This document shows, one piece after another, positions 1-10,144 of a stretch of 64,000 nucleotides of DNA (within the stretch, counting starts at the first letter, position 1; each line of letters opens with the position of its first letter). Origin of the DNA: Thermoplasmata archaeon (GTDB lineage: Archaea; Thermoplasmatota; Thermoplasmata; Lutacidiplasmatales; UBA184); NCBI GenBank assembly GCA_035297125.1, contig DATGZQ010000019.1:12940-76939 (forward strand). Direction: 5' to 3'. Position numbers and translations under genes: made by a program. The notes under the pieces are model-generated. The model ran no database searches, was not told where the DNA came from, and saw nothing but the letters and a program-made list of their open reading frames with translations.

Positions 1-142
1 GCGGGTCGTAAATACCGCAGGGGATGTCGCAATGGGCGTAGACCGTCGTGGGGGGTCGGATCGCGTCCCGGGCCCCTAGGACCCCGTCGCGGAATCGAGA
101 GTAGGCCGACATGGCGGGCAGTATCCGGGACGGTGGATAACG

Positions 143-577
143 TTGCCGAGGGGAGAGAGCGCGGCCGGGGAGAAGGAGGCCGCAGAGACAGGGACGCTGC
201 GGCGCAAATGGCGAAGCCGTCGTGTGGTCGTCGAGGACGAATCGATGCTCCCGGCACTGCGCCCGGGCGACCGGCTCCTGGTGGACCCAACGTACTATCG
301 GGGGCGACGGCCCGCCCGCGGGGACGTCGTCGTGCTCCGGGACCCGGAGCGGCCCGGACGGCTTCTCGTGAAGCGGGTCGGCGCGACGGAGGGCGAGCCG
401 GATCCGTCCGGGGCCCCGGTCCCATCCGGTACCCTCTACCTCATCGGGGACGACCCGGCCCGCAGCCGGGACAGCCGGTCGTTCGGCCCTGTGCCCCTCA
501 ACGGCCTCGTCGGGCGCGTCTGGTTCCGTTACGCTCCCGGGGACCGAAGGGGCCCCGTGAACGGGGAACGACACTAG
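143..577 (+). CDS. S26-family signal peptidase I (Ser/Lys dyad type)
   Basis: 144 aa. Motifs ESMLPAL (catalytic Ser box), LLVKRVGATEGE (Lys box) and GDDPARSRDSRSFGPV (GDN..SxDSR-like box). The overlapping 133..876 ORF is Arg-rich junk. Confidence 0.6.
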   Translation: MPRGESAAGEKEAAETGTLRRKWRSRRVVVEDESMLPALRPGDRLLVDPTYYRGRRPARGDVVVLRDPERPGRLLVKRVGATEGEPDPSGAPVPSGTLYLIGDDPARSRDSRSFGPVPLNGLVGRVWFRYAPGDRRGPVNGERH

Positions 578-614
578 GCGACCGGGTCGCCGCCCGGCGC
601 GCCGACGCCGCCCC

Positions 615-1055
615 CTACTCCACGAGCGATTGCCAGTGCCCGATCCATTCCTTCGCGTGCTCGACCTGCGGGCGAGCGGTCCGGACCCGGTCGTACGCCT
701 CGTCGAGGGTCAACTGGGAGAAGCGGTGCAGGTACCAGGCGGCACCCAGCGGCCCCCGGCGCACCCCATGGCCGCAGAACACGAGGACCGGGGATCCGCC
801 TGAGCGGGCCCGCTCTATCCGCCGGGCCAGGACCTCCAGGTTCTCGACGATAGGAGCGTCCCGGACGCCGTCGTAGATCGGGACGTGGATCGCCCCCGGC
901 AACCCCTCGGGAGGCTCTTCCCGAACGCAGAACTTCGTTCCGGTGAACCGGACCGCGTCGTTCCAGCCGCCGACGAAGACGCCCGGGGCGATCTCCGAGG
1001 GACTCGTGAGCTCCCGCTTCGGGGTCCGCTTCGCCGGCGAGTTCGGGGGCGCCAT
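615..1055 (-). CDS. protein-tyrosine / dual-specificity phosphatase-like protein
   Basis: 146 aa with a CX5R P-loop signature VFCGHGVRRGP. Size and layout typical of small DUSP-like phosphatases. Confidence 0.5.
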   Translation of the reverse strand: MAPPNSPAKRTPKRELTSPSEIAPGVFVGGWNDAVRFTGTKFCVREEPPEGLPGAIHVPIYDGVRDAPIVENLEVLARRIERARSGGSPVLVFCGHGVRRGPLGAAWYLHRFSQLTLDEAYDRVRTARPQVEHAKEWIGHWQSLVE

Positions 1056-1074
1056 CGCTCGGTCGACCGGTCGC

Positions 1075-2073
1075 CTAGTCCCGGACTCCCTCGGTCGTGA
1101 GCGAGAAGACCGCCTCCCCTTCGGGGAGGTTGGGAGAGTCGATCAAGCGGGCGATCCTCCGCGGAGGCTTCGACTTCCGCAGGTAGATCCGGTAGGTGGC
1201 CGCGTGCGCGACGATGTTCCCGCCGATCGGGCGGGTCGGGTCGCCGAACAGGATGTCGGGGCGGGCGGAGACCTGGTTGGTGACGACGATCGCCGCGTTG
1301 TACATGTCGGCGAAGCGAAGGAGCTCGTGGAGGTGCCGGTTGAGATGCTGCTGGCGGGGCGCCAGCTCGGCCCGTCCCATGTATTCGGAGCGGAAGTGGG
1401 AGGTGAGCGAATCGACCACGAGCAGGCGAATCGGCCTCTCGCGCGCGAGCTCCTGGGCCCGCTGGACGAGCAGCATCTGGTGGTTGGAGTTGTACGCGCG
1501 CGCGACGTGGATCTTCTCGAGCGCGGCGGCCGGGTCCATCCCGACGCCCTTCGCCATGTCGACGATCCGCTCGGGGCGGAACGTCGATTCCGTGTCGATG
1601 TAGACGACCTCGCCCAAGAGGCCCCCTTGGGCGACTGGGAGCTGGATGTCGACCGCGATCTGGTGGGCGATCTGGGTCTTCCCCGTTCCGAACTCGCCGG
1701 AGAATTCGGTGATCGCCTGGGTCTCCACGCCGCCGCCGAGGAGCTCGTCCAGCGCCTTCGCGTTGGTCGTTACCCGGCCGAGGCGCTTCCGCCGTTCCAG
1801 CACCGTCGACCCGCTCTCGAACCCCCCGACGTCCGCGCGCCGTCGGGCCTCTCCGATGATCTTCTGCGCGATCGCGACCCCGATCTCCGCGGCCTCCGCG
1901 ACGTCGCCGGGGGAGGCGACCGCGAGCTCCATCAGGTCGGTGTATCCGGACTCGCGGAGCTTCTCGGCGATGGTCGGTCCGACCCCGGGGAGGTCCTCGA
2001 GGGCGACCGTCACTCGGGGTTCGGTCGCGGGGCCAGGGGTCTCGGCGGGTCGCGTGGCGGTCTTTGCGGGCAC
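1075..2073 (-). CDS. radA: DNA repair and recombination protein RadA
   Basis: 332 aa. N-terminal HhH ([20 protein letters not shown]), Walker [10 protein letters not shown], Walker B LLVVDS. Full-length archaeal RecA/Rad51 homologue. Confidence 0.9.
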   Translation of the reverse strand: MPAKTATRPAETPGPATEPRVTVALEDLPGVGPTIAEKLRESGYTDLMELAVASPGDVAEAAEIGVAIAQKIIGEARRRADVGGFESGSTVLERRKRLGRVTTNAKALDELLGGGVETQAITEFSGEFGTGKTQIAHQIAVDIQLPVAQGGLLGEVVYIDTESTFRPERIVDMAKGVGMDPAAALEKIHVARAYNSNHQMLLVQRAQELARERPIRLLVVDSLTSHFRSEYMGRAELAPRQQHLNRHLHELLRFADMYNAAIVVTNQVSARPDILFGDPTRPIGGNIVAHAATYRIYLRKSKPPRRIARLIDSPNLPEGEAVFSLTTEGVRD

Positions 2074-2142
2074 ACCGGGTCGACCGGGCCTCGGGGAGAT
2101 AAGGGTGCGGGGAGAGGTCGCGAAACGCCGGGGGATGCGTCC

Positions 2143-3102
2143 CTACGCGGTCGCGGCCTTGGGGGCGAACGGTTCCCCCGTCAGCCGCTGATAGACGGTC
2201 GTGTAGAGCCGGCTCACCTCGTCCACGAGGAGGGGCGGGAGCGGCGCGATGGGCGGCTCCTCCGTCTTCGCCTCGCGCGCGCGCACGAGACGGTCGTAGT
2301 AGCCGCTCTGACGGTAGTGCTGCCGGACGAACTCCTTCGAGAAGTCGACCTGCCGGCCGCGCTCGTAGGCACCCTTGTCCCAGAACCGGTCCTCGTCGGC
2401 GGTCCCGAACGTGTCGACGACCCGCGGGACCCCCTCGGCATCGATCCCGAACTCCTTCTTCCCGTCGACGTGGAGGAGACCGCGCGGGCCAATCTCGGCC
2501 TGCATCGCGCTGTCGAGCTTCAGGATCGTCTCCCGGATGGTGTCGAGCTGCGCGCGGTCCAACGCTGCAAGCTCGAGCGCCTCCTCGATCGTGAGCAGAC
2601 GGTCGACCGGCTCGAGCTTCGTCGTGACCTCGAAGTGGGGCTCGGGGAGCTCCATGCCGTAGACGAGCGTCCGGTCGGCCCTGAACCCGAGATCGCGCCC
2701 CGAGACCTTGCCAGCCTGGACGCGGTCCCACATCGAGCCGGCGAGATAGTAGCGTACGATCAGCTCGAGCGGCACGAGGTAGTCCTTCGGCCGGGGCCCG
2801 AGCGTCCGGGGCTTGGGAACGACGCGGACCCGACGGACCCGCATCGACGTGGGGCCGCTCAGGCGAAGGAAGTGGTGCGGGATGTTCATCCGGGAGCAGA
2901 GGGCGAACCAGTGGGACGCGGTGCGGGCGAGCGTCTCGCCCTTGAACGGGATCTCGCTCGGGATGTGCTTGTCGAACACGGAGATGTCGTTCGTGAAGCG
3001 GAACTCGAGCTCGGTCGGCGAGATCTCGTAGACCTCCTTCACCTTCCCACGGCGAAGGAACTTCGGTTCCGGCGAGGCCGGGGCAGCGGTCGTCTTGGCC
3101 AT
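2143..3102 (-). CDS. purC: phosphoribosylaminoimidazole-succinocarboxamide (SAICAR) synthetase
   Basis: 319 aa. RGKVKEVYE and DISVFDKHIPSEIPFKGETLARTASHWF match the PurC ATP-grasp N-terminal motifs. Has a long C-terminal extension. Confidence 0.75.
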   Translation of the reverse strand: MAKTTAAPASPEPKFLRRGKVKEVYEISPTELEFRFTNDISVFDKHIPSEIPFKGETLARTASHWFALCSRMNIPHHFLRLSGPTSMRVRRVRVVPKPRTLGPRPKDYLVPLELIVRYYLAGSMWDRVQAGKVSGRDLGFRADRTLVYGMELPEPHFEVTTKLEPVDRLLTIEEALELAALDRAQLDTIRETILKLDSAMQAEIGPRGLLHVDGKKEFGIDAEGVPRVVDTFGTADEDRFWDKGAYERGRQVDFSKEFVRQHYRQSGYYDRLVRAREAKTEEPPIAPLPPLLVDEVSRLYTTVYQRLTGEPFAPKAATA

Positions 3103-3155
3103 GCCGGCCGAGGAGGACGGGCCCGCTTAAGGTTCGCGGAGGACGGGCCAGAACG

Positions 3156-3695
3156 CTACAGCGAGCGCGCGTGGATGGAGGTGATCGGGCGGAACCCGCG
3201 CTTCGCGTAGAACCGGCCGGCGATCTCGTTCTGTGCCGGGAACTCGGCGGTCACGACGCCGGCGCCCTTCGCCTTCAGCGCCACCGAGACCTCGCGCAGT
3301 AGGTACTCCCCGACCCCGCGACGCCGGTAGAGCGGCAGGAGGTAGATGTCGAGGATGACGCCCTCGAACTCGGGGGTGTAGAACGGCCGCTCGCGGACGA
3401 GGGCCCGGACGAACCCTACGACCTTGTTCTTGTCGGCCCCGACCCCTTCGGCCGCGAGCACGACCGCCTTCGGGTCGGCGATCTGCGCGCGAAAGACGGT
3501 GCGGCTCTGCTCTTCCGCGTCGTCGCGGACCTTGAGCAACGGGTCGAACTCCTCGTTCAACCGCTTGAGGCGCAAGAGGAGCGGGATGAGCGCGGGGATG
3601 TCCGCGACGACCGCCGGTCGGAGGTGGATCGGCGGCGTTCCCCCGTCCGCGCCCGAGGCGCTCGAGGCGTGGGAGCCCGTCTCGTCGGGGGTCAT
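3156..3695 (-). CDS. GNAT-family N-acetyltransferase
   Basis: 179 aa. Acetyl-CoA binding motif RRRGVGEYLL. 4-nt ATGA overlap with the stop of the upstream malic-enzyme gene. Confidence 0.55.
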   Translation of the reverse strand: MTPDETGSHASSASGADGGTPPIHLRPAVVADIPALIPLLLRLKRLNEEFDPLLKVRDDAEEQSRTVFRAQIADPKAVVLAAEGVGADKNKVVGFVRALVRERPFYTPEFEGVILDIYLLPLYRRRGVGEYLLREVSVALKAKGAGVVTAEFPAQNEIAGRFYAKRGFRPITSIHARSL

Positions 3696-5131
3696 GTCGC
3701 CCTCCGGCGTCCGATCGAGCCGCGGGGCATCGGTGCGGTCAGGTGCGCCCGCGCGAGCGTCCGGACCAGGCGGGACGGGCGCACCATGATCGTCCGCGCC
3801 CGCTCGAGGAACTCCTCGTGCGAGAGCTTCTTCCGCGCGACCCCGAGGCGGACGGTGGCGTCCGCGACCGCAGCCGCGACCTCGGGGAACACTTCGGGCT
3901 CTTCCATCGTGGGCAGGATGTGATGCACGTTCATTCCCTTTCGCTCCGCCGCCTTCGCGAGCTCGCGCGCCGCGGCGATGACGACCTCGTCCGAGATCGA
4001 CCGGGCCCGTGCGTCGAGCACGCCCCGGAAGACCGCCGGAAAGATCAGCGAGTTGTTTACCTGGTTCGGGAAGTCACTGCGTCCCGTCGCGACGATCGCC
4101 GCGCCCGCGGCGCGGGCGACGTCCGGCCATATCTCGGGAACCGGGTTCGCGAGCGCGAAGACGATCGGGTCACGGTTCATCGCTCGCACATGGTCGGGTC
4201 GGACGGTTCCGGGGATCGGGGTCGACGCGGCGATCAGAACGTCCGCTCCTTCGATCGCGCGGGCGAAGTCGCCCGTACGTCCACCGCCGTTCGTCTTGAG
4301 TGCGAGCCGGTACTTCCACGGGTTGCGGACGGAGAGCTCGTCGACGTCGTCCCGCTCGGCGTGCAGGACCCCCTTCTGGTCGACCAGGGTCAGCTTGTGC
4401 GGGTCGTGGCCGAGGGTGATCAGGATCCGGGCGGTGACGAGGTTCGCCGCGCCCGCGCCCAGGAGCACAGTGCGCGTCTCCTTGACGGACCGTCGGGTGA
4501 GCGTGAGGGCGTTGATCAGGCCCGCGACCGTCGCGGCCGCCGTGCCCAGCTGGTCGTCGTGCCAGACCGGGATCTCGAGCCGCTTCGTGAGCTCCTCGAG
4601 GATCGCGAAGCACTTCGGCGAGGCGATGTCCTCCAGGTTGATCCCGCCGAACGCGGGGGAGATCCCCTCGACCGTGTTCATGAACTCGGCCGGGCTCGAG
4701 GCCTGGATCGGTATGGGGATCGCGTCGACCCCGCCCAGGAACTTGAACAGGAGCGCCTTCCCCTCCATCACGGGGAGGGCAGCGGCAGGACCGACGTTCC
4801 CAAGCCCGAGGACCCGTGTCCCGTCGGTCGCGATCGCGACGGTGTTCCAGCGACCGGTCAGCTCGAAAACGAGATCCGGGTCGGCGTGGATCGCCCGCGA
4901 CACCTCCGCTACGCCCGGCGAGTACCAGAGCGAGAAGTCGTGCATCGAGCGTACCGGGACCTTGGGAACGGTCTCGATCTTCCCGCCGTAGAACCGGGAC
5001 AGTTCCACGGCGCGACGCCCGAGAAGGTCGGTCTGGTCCTCGCGGCGTTTCTCGATCGTTTCTTCGCTTGTGAGGGTCCGGCGCCGGCCAACTCGGTGGG
5101 GCGGATGGGGAGCCGCCACGCTCTCCGCCAT
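3692..5131 (-). CDS. NAD(P)-dependent malic enzyme
   Basis: 479 aa. YSPGVAEV, ATDGTRVLGLGN and GAGAAN(L) are hallmark malic-enzyme motifs. Confidence 0.85.
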   Translation of the reverse strand: MAESVAAPHPPHRVGRRRTLTSEETIEKRREDQTDLLGRRAVELSRFYGGKIETVPKVPVRSMHDFSLWYSPGVAEVSRAIHADPDLVFELTGRWNTVAIATDGTRVLGLGNVGPAAALPVMEGKALLFKFLGGVDAIPIPIQASSPAEFMNTVEGISPAFGGINLEDIASPKCFAILEELTKRLEIPVWHDDQLGTAAATVAGLINALTLTRRSVKETRTVLLGAGAANLVTARILITLGHDPHKLTLVDQKGVLHAERDDVDELSVRNPWKYRLALKTNGGGRTGDFARAIEGADVLIAASTPIPGTVRPDHVRAMNRDPIVFALANPVPEIWPDVARAAGAAIVATGRSDFPNQVNNSLIFPAVFRGVLDARARSISDEVVIAAARELAKAAERKGMNVHHILPTMEEPEVFPEVAAAVADATVRLGVARKKLSHEEFLERARTIMVRPSRLVRTLARAHLTAPMPRGSIGRRRAT

Positions 5132-5156
5132 CGGTAGAGGTCGGACCGGGGACCGA

Positions 5157-5166
5157 GCTATTTACT
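5157..5166 (-). promoter_or_regulatory. TATA box for the malic-enzyme gene (leaderless)
   Basis: GCTATTTAC on the plus strand reads GTAAATAGC on the minus strand. It lies about 27 bp upstream of the ATG at 5131. The same motif recurs at 12885, 32145 and 34845. Confidence 0.4.
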
Positions 5167-5376
5167 CTTTGGTGAAGTCGACCGGCGTCTTCGGAAATCG
5201 CCGGAGGATTCGGCCGCAGGGAGGACCTGCCATCGTCGGTTCCGATGCGGCTCCGGATCCCGAGGCGGACCCGGCCCCGGGAAGCCTCCTTGTTCGCCGC
5301 GCAACATCGTTTCCCACTCTGCAGACCGCGGTTTGAGAGCGACGGTTAAGGACCCCACCCTGCTCGGGGCCGCGCC

Positions 5377-6348
5377 ATGATCGTCCATGCCGGTCTGACC
5401 GGCGCGTTCCCGCGTACGGAGGGACTCGTCCGCGCCACCCGCGACCTCGACCGCGGCCGGGCGAGCCCGGATTCGGTCGAGGCTCTCTTCCGTACGAGCG
5501 AGCTCGAGGTGGTCGCGCTCGAGCGGCGTCTCGGTTTCTCGACCGTCACGGCCGGCTACCTGCGCTGGCCCGACCTCTTCCGCGCGTTCGCCGAGACCTG
5601 GGAGGGATTCTCCGTCGGACCCCTTACCCGGTGGTTCGAGACGAACACGTTCTACCGCCAGCCAGTCCTCTTCTCCCCGCCGCTTAGGGTCCCCGGAGCG
5701 TTCGCAGCGAGAATTCCGGCTCCGCTCAGGGCCGAGCCCGCCTCCGCCCGCATCCTCCTGCCGGGCCCCTACACGTTCGCGGGGCTCCTCGAGAACCGCT
5801 CGGGGGAGACCGATTCCGCGCTCGTCCACCGGCTCGGCCGCCTACTCGCCGACGAGGTGCGCGAGCTCCGCGGGCTCGGGTTCTCGACCTTCCAGTTCAC
5901 CGAGCCGCTCCTGGTCGTCCGTCCCCCCGACGGCCCTCACGCCGAGGCGGTCGTCGAGGCGTACGGGTCGATCTCCAAGGCGCTCCACGGGGGAACCTCC
6001 ATCGTCTGGACGTTCGGAAAGGACGCGCTCCCCGCGCTCCGGATCCTCGACCGGCTTCCGGCCTCGGTGGTCGGGATCGACCTCGCCGACACCGACGTCG
6101 ATCGGCTCCCGGCCGGAGGCCAGGTACCGGCGCTCGGCCTGGGCGTACTCGACCCCAGGACCACGCTGCCCGAGGACCCGGCCGAGGTCGTGCGCGTCGT
6201 CCGGGTCGCCGCGGAGCGGCGCGGTGCAAAGACGGTCTGGCTCGGGCCCGGTGCTTCGCTCGACCTCCTGCCCCCGGAACCTGCGACCCGAAAGCTCGAG
6301 GTCCTCTCCACGGTCCAACGCACGCTCTCGGAAGGAGGAAAGCCGTGA
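5377..6348 (+). CDS. MetE-like protein, non-catalytic N-terminal-type half
   Basis: 323 aa resembling the cobalamin-independent methionine synthase barrel but without the HxC/Cys Zn ligands. Its stop overlaps the next gene by ATGA. Confidence 0.55.
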   Translation: MIVHAGLTGAFPRTEGLVRATRDLDRGRASPDSVEALFRTSELEVVALERRLGFSTVTAGYLRWPDLFRAFAETWEGFSVGPLTRWFETNTFYRQPVLFSPPLRVPGAFAARIPAPLRAEPASARILLPGPYTFAGLLENRSGETDSALVHRLGRLLADEVRELRGLGFSTFQFTEPLLVVRPPDGPHAEAVVEAYGSISKALHGGTSIVWTFGKDALPALRILDRLPASVVGIDLADTDVDRLPAGGQVPALGLGVLDPRTTLPEDPAEVVRVVRVAAERRGAKTVWLGPGASLDLLPPEPATRKLEVLSTVQRTLSEGGKP

Positions 6349-7487
6349 CCGAACGCCTCTTCCCGGCCCAGGAGATCGGAAGCCTGGCGAGACCCCGCTG
6401 GCAGCTCCTTGGCCAGCGCGGCGAGGCGCTCGACGACGCGGCCCGCGCCGAGTTCGAATCGTGGGACCGGCGGCTGAAGTTCGCTGCGGAGCTCCCCGCC
6501 GCCCGGGATGCCCTTCTCGCCGGGAAGACGAAGGGACCCGGGGCCGAGGCCGTGCGCGACCTCGCGGCCCTCTTCGCCATCCGGTACCTCGAGTCGGCCG
6601 GCCTTGAGCGCATCTACGACGGGGAGGCCCGGCGGGTCGAGATGTACGAGCACCCCGTCCGGCAGATGCAGGGATTCCAGTTCCAGGGGCACGTCCGCTC
6701 GTTCGACTCGAAGTACTACCTCAAGGCTGCGATCGTCGAGCCGGTTCGCCTCGACAAGCCGTTCGACGTCGACGAATTCGACTTCGTCCGCAAGCACGCC
6801 CACGCCGTCCCGAAGATCCCCGTCACGGGCCCGTACACGCTTGCGGACTGGTCGTTCAACGAGTACTACCTCGCCCGCCAGAAGGGCTGGAAGGGCCGCA
6901 GCGCACGTCGCTCGGCGCAGCGAGAGTTCGTGGTCGACCTCGCGAAGAACGCGATCCGCCCGACCCTCCGGGCGCTGATCGACCGTGGCTGCAAGGTCAT
7001 CCAGATCGACGAGCCGGCCGCGGGCACCCATCCGGACGAGACGGCGCTCGTGGTCGAGGGGTTCAACGCTGCGACCGAGGGACTGGACGCCGAGTTCTCG
7101 ATGCACATCTGCTACTCGGAGTACCGCGACCTCCTGCCCGCGCTGCTCGAGGCCAAGCGCTGCACCCAGTGGGCGTGGGAGTTCGCCAACCGCGACTCGG
7201 AGGGTCACGACGGCTACGAGGTGCTCCGGGCGCTCAAGGAGTACGGGGACACGCGCTCGATCGGCCTCGGGGTAGTCGACGTCCATCGTGACCCCGTGGA
7301 GGCGCCCAGTGTGGTCGCGGACCGGATCCGCCGCGCGTCCAAGTACCTCGGCGACCCTTCGCGCATCTGGGTGAACCCCGACTGCGGGCTGCGGACGCGG
7401 AGCCTCGAGGTTGCGCACGCGAAGCTGCGCGCGGTCGTCGAGGGAGCCGCCCTCGCCCGGGCCGAGCTCTCGAAGCCCGGCCGCTAG
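6345..7487 (+). CDS. metE: cobalamin-independent methionine synthase, catalytic (MetE C-terminal-type) protein
   Basis: 380 aa. Zn-ligand motifs SMHICYSEY (HxC) and NPDCGLRTR are present. Translationally coupled to 5377..6348. Confidence 0.7.
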   Translation: MTERLFPAQEIGSLARPRWQLLGQRGEALDDAARAEFESWDRRLKFAAELPAARDALLAGKTKGPGAEAVRDLAALFAIRYLESAGLERIYDGEARRVEMYEHPVRQMQGFQFQGHVRSFDSKYYLKAAIVEPVRLDKPFDVDEFDFVRKHAHAVPKIPVTGPYTLADWSFNEYYLARQKGWKGRSARRSAQREFVVDLAKNAIRPTLRALIDRGCKVIQIDEPAAGTHPDETALVVEGFNAATEGLDAEFSMHICYSEYRDLLPALLEAKRCTQWAWEFANRDSEGHDGYEVLRALKEYGDTRSIGLGVVDVHRDPVEAPSVVADRIRRASKYLGDPSRIWVNPDCGLRTRSLEVAHAKLRAVVEGAALARAELSKPGR

Positions 7488-8388
7488 GGCGGGTTCGGCG
7501 ACGCGACCGAGAGGACCTCGGCGCCCGAGGGTCCGACCAGCACCGTGTGTTCGGCCTGCGCGACGAGTCCCCCCGCCCGTTCGAGAAAGACCGGGTAGGC
7601 CTGCAGGGTGCGCCGGGCGCGCTCGAGCGCCTCCCGCTCCTCGTCGGTCTTCGCCCAGCGGGCGGTGAACGGCAGCGTGTGGAACCGGCCGAACAGTCCG
7701 GTGAGCACAAGGTCGCTCGCCGGCGGCGCCCGGCGGAACCGGAGGATGTGGCCGAACGGCCCGTTGTCGATCCGGCCGACCCCGTTGGTGGCGAACGGCT
7801 CGATCGCCACGATCTCCCCCTCCACGAACGTTGCGTCCGTCATCCCGGGGACGTTCGGGATGGATTTCCCGGCGTGCAGCACGTATCGGTCGATGGTGTG
7901 CCCGGTGAGGTCGACCACGGGCTTCAGCCCGCGGGCCCGGATCGCACCGGCGACCGCCTGGCTCACGTCGTCCACGTCCCCCCCGGGCCGGACCGCGGCG
8001 ATCCCCGCGGCGAGCGCGTCGTGGACGGCCCGTACGAGGTGGGCGTTCCGGTGCCCGCCCCCGACCTCGACGGTGTCGGCGGTATCCGCGACAGCGCCTT
8101 CGATGTGGGCCCCCACGTCGATCTTCAGGAGGTCGCCCTCAACCAGCACCGCCTCGTCGCCGGCGTCCGGGGTGTAGTGGGCCGCCTCGACGTTCCGGGA
8201 GAGGTTCGCGGGGAAGGCAGGCTGGGCGCCGTGGTCGCGAATGTACGATTCGATCGCCTCGGCGATATCACGTCGGCGGGCTCCCGGGACCGCCAGGCCC
8301 AGACCGAGCTCTCGGGCGTCCGCGGCGATGCGCGCCGCCTCGCGCCAGCGGTCGAGGTCCGGCGGGTACTGGGTCGCGGGCGTCATCG
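7484..8388 (-). CDS. map: methionine aminopeptidase, archaeal type 2
   Basis: The pita-bread fold region begins at MTPATQYPPDLDRWREAARIA, with metal ligands in the DxD...H...E...E context. The ORF track extends it 113 aa upstream as Arg-rich text that I discount. ATG at 8386-8388 overlaps the yrdC stop. Confidence 0.75.
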
Positions 8389-8946
8389 ACGGGCCCTCGT
8401 CCGCGGCTCCGGGCCCGTGAGATCCACGAGGGTCGAGGGAACGCCGCTCGGCGGAGGGCCCCCTCCGAGGTAGACCCGGACGTTCGCGCCGAACGCTTCC
8501 CAAGCGTCGGCGAGCGTCAAAACAGGCGGTTGCCCGTGCCGATTCGCGGACGTCGCCACGATCGGACCGGCGCCTCGGGCGAGCTCGCGCGCGACCGGAT
8601 GGGCCGGGACTCTCAGGCCGAGCGCCCGACCGCCAGCTACGGCGGGGGCCAACGACCTCTTCGCTCGGGGCGAGGGAGTCACGAGGATCGTGAACGGACC
8701 CGGCAGGTGCCGCCGGACCCATCGACGGCCCGAGGGAGAGAGGGCGGCGAGCGGCTCGATCTCCTCCACGGAGCTCACGGCGACCGACAACGGCTGGGTG
8801 CCCGAGCGTCCTTTCGCGCGTACGAGCCGGTTGACGGCTGCTCGGGAGGAGGCTCGCGCGGCCAACCCGAAGACCGTGTCCGTGGGGTACACGACGAGCG
8901 CGCCGGCCCCCAGCGCGCGGACCGCCTCCGCGACCGACCGGCCCAT
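8383..8946 (-). CDS. tsaC: L-threonylcarbamoyladenylate synthase, Sua5/YrdC family
   Basis: 187 aa. YPTDTVFGLAA and ATSANRHGQPP are YrdC signature segments. Confidence 0.75.
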   Translation of the reverse strand: MGRSVAEAVRALGAGALVVYPTDTVFGLAARASSRAAVNRLVRAKGRSGTQPLSVAVSSVEEIEPLAALSPSGRRWVRRHLPGPFTILVTPSPRAKRSLAPAVAGGRALGLRVPAHPVARELARGAGPIVATSANRHGQPPVLTLADAWEAFGANVRVYLGGGPPPSGVPSTLVDLTGPEPRTRARR

Positions 8947-8950
8947 CGAC

Positions 8951-9409
8951 CTAGAAGTACTCCTCGCCGACGCGGGAGTACGCGAGGTAATCGTCGGGCT
9001 GGAAGTAGAGCGCGAGCTCCCGCGCCGCAGACTCCGGAGAGTCGGAGGCGTGCACGAGGTTCGGCGTGATCCCGAGCGCGAGGTCGCCCCGAACGGTGCC
9101 GGGTGCGGCCAGCTGGGGGTTGGTCGTGCCGATCACCAGCCGGGTCACCGAGATCGCCGAGCGCCCCTCGAGGGCGAGCGCGACGATCGGCCCGGAGGTG
9201 AGATGCTGGATCAGTGCGGGGTAGAACGGCTTTCCCTGGTGCTCGGCGTAGTGCCGTTGTGCGAGCTCCGGCGCCACCCGGAGGGTCTTCGCGGCCACGA
9301 TCTTGAGCCCCTTTCGCTCGAACCGTCCGACGATCTCCCCCACCACTCCTCGCCGCACGCCGTCGGGCTTCACGAGGACGAGCGTGCGCTCGACGTTCCC
9401 CTCTGCCAT
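8951..9409 (-). CDS. ndk: nucleoside diphosphate kinase
   Basis: 152 aa. ERTLVLVKPDGV and the NxxHGSD-type active site (NLVHASD). Confidence 0.9.
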   Translation of the reverse strand: MAEGNVERTLVLVKPDGVRRGVVGEIVGRFERKGLKIVAAKTLRVAPELAQRHYAEHQGKPFYPALIQHLTSGPIVALALEGRSAISVTRLVIGTTNPQLAAPGTVRGDLALGITPNLVHASDSPESAARELALYFQPDDYLAYSRVGEEYF

Positions 9410-9493
9410 CGGCTCGACCAGCCTACGGGCACGCTAAAGCTTTCGCGCCACCCCGAGAGCAGACCTCTTCATCCCGACCGGTTCGTCCGAGGC

Positions 9494-10144
9494 GTGCCGC
9501 CCCGGCGAGGGAGCGTCATCGGGCTCGACCTGGCGGGGAGCCCCGGCCGGCGGACCGGATTCTGCCGGCTCGGGCCGGGGCTCGCGACCCGAACCGCTCC
9601 GCTGGCGGGCGATGCGGAGATCCTGGACGCGGTGCGTTCCTCCCGGCCGAGCATTGTCGCGATCGACGCTCCCCTGAGTCTCCCGGCGGGCCGACTCTCC
9701 CTCGACATTCCCGGCCCTCCTCATCTACGGCGATGCGACCGCGAGCTGCAGAAGCTGGGGATCCGGTTCTTCCCGGTCACCCTCGGCCCGATGCGGATGC
9801 TCACCGCCCGGGGGATCGCGCTCGCCCAGCGGTTCCGCGCCGAGGGGTTCACCGTCATCGAGGCGTACCCCGGCGGCGCCCAGGATCTCCTCGGGATCCC
9901 GCGGAAGGGAGCGGGCGTGGAGACGTTGCGAAGGGCCCTCGTTCGCTTCGGGTTTCGCGGCGACGTGGAGCGCACGGCGATCACCCACGACGAGCTGGAC
10001 GCCGTGGTCTGCGCGTACACCGGCCGCGAGCACCTCGCCGGCCGCTCCCTCGTCCTCGGCGACCCCGCGGAGGGCCTGCTCGTCCTGCCCCGGCCGCGCT
10101 CGGTCCGCGGGCGTTCCGTGCCCGCACGGCGGAGGTCCGCGTGA
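9494..10144 (+). CDS. DUF429-family predicted RNase H-fold nuclease
   Basis: GTG start at 9494. VIGLDLAG...IVAIDAPLSLP...HDELDAVVCAYTG matches the DUF429 pattern. Its stop overlaps the next gene as GTGA. Confidence 0.5.
   Translation: MPPRRGSVIGLDLAGSPGRRTGFCRLGPGLATRTAPLAGDAEILDAVRSSRPSIVAIDAPLSLPAGRLSLDIPGPPHLRRCDRELQKLGIRFFPVTLGPMRMLTARGIALAQRFRAEGFTVIEAYPGGAQDLLGIPRKGAGVETLRRALVRFGFRGDVERTAITHDELDAVVCAYTGREHLAGRSLVLGDPAEGLLVLPRPRSVRGRSVPARRRSA

Noticed and set aside
815-3210. Very long ORFs (638 aa minus, 755 aa plus) overlapping radA and purC
   Set aside because: They have the extreme Arg/Gly/Pro/Asp-rich, low-complexity composition typical of antisense or out-of-frame reading in roughly 70% GC DNA. 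They carry no motifs, and radA and purC in the other frames are unmistakable.
5937-7418. 493-aa minus-strand ORF across the metE halves
   Set aside because: It has antisense composition, and both plus-strand MetE-like genes have specific ligand motifs.
7484-8722. 113-aa N-terminal extension of map given by the ORF track (likewise for thpR, P5CDH, the SBP, the thioesterase and the PhoU-like gene)
   Set aside because: The extensions are Arg/Pro-rich with no homology. In several cases they are contradicted by TATA boxes and coupled-stop overlaps at the conserved domain start.
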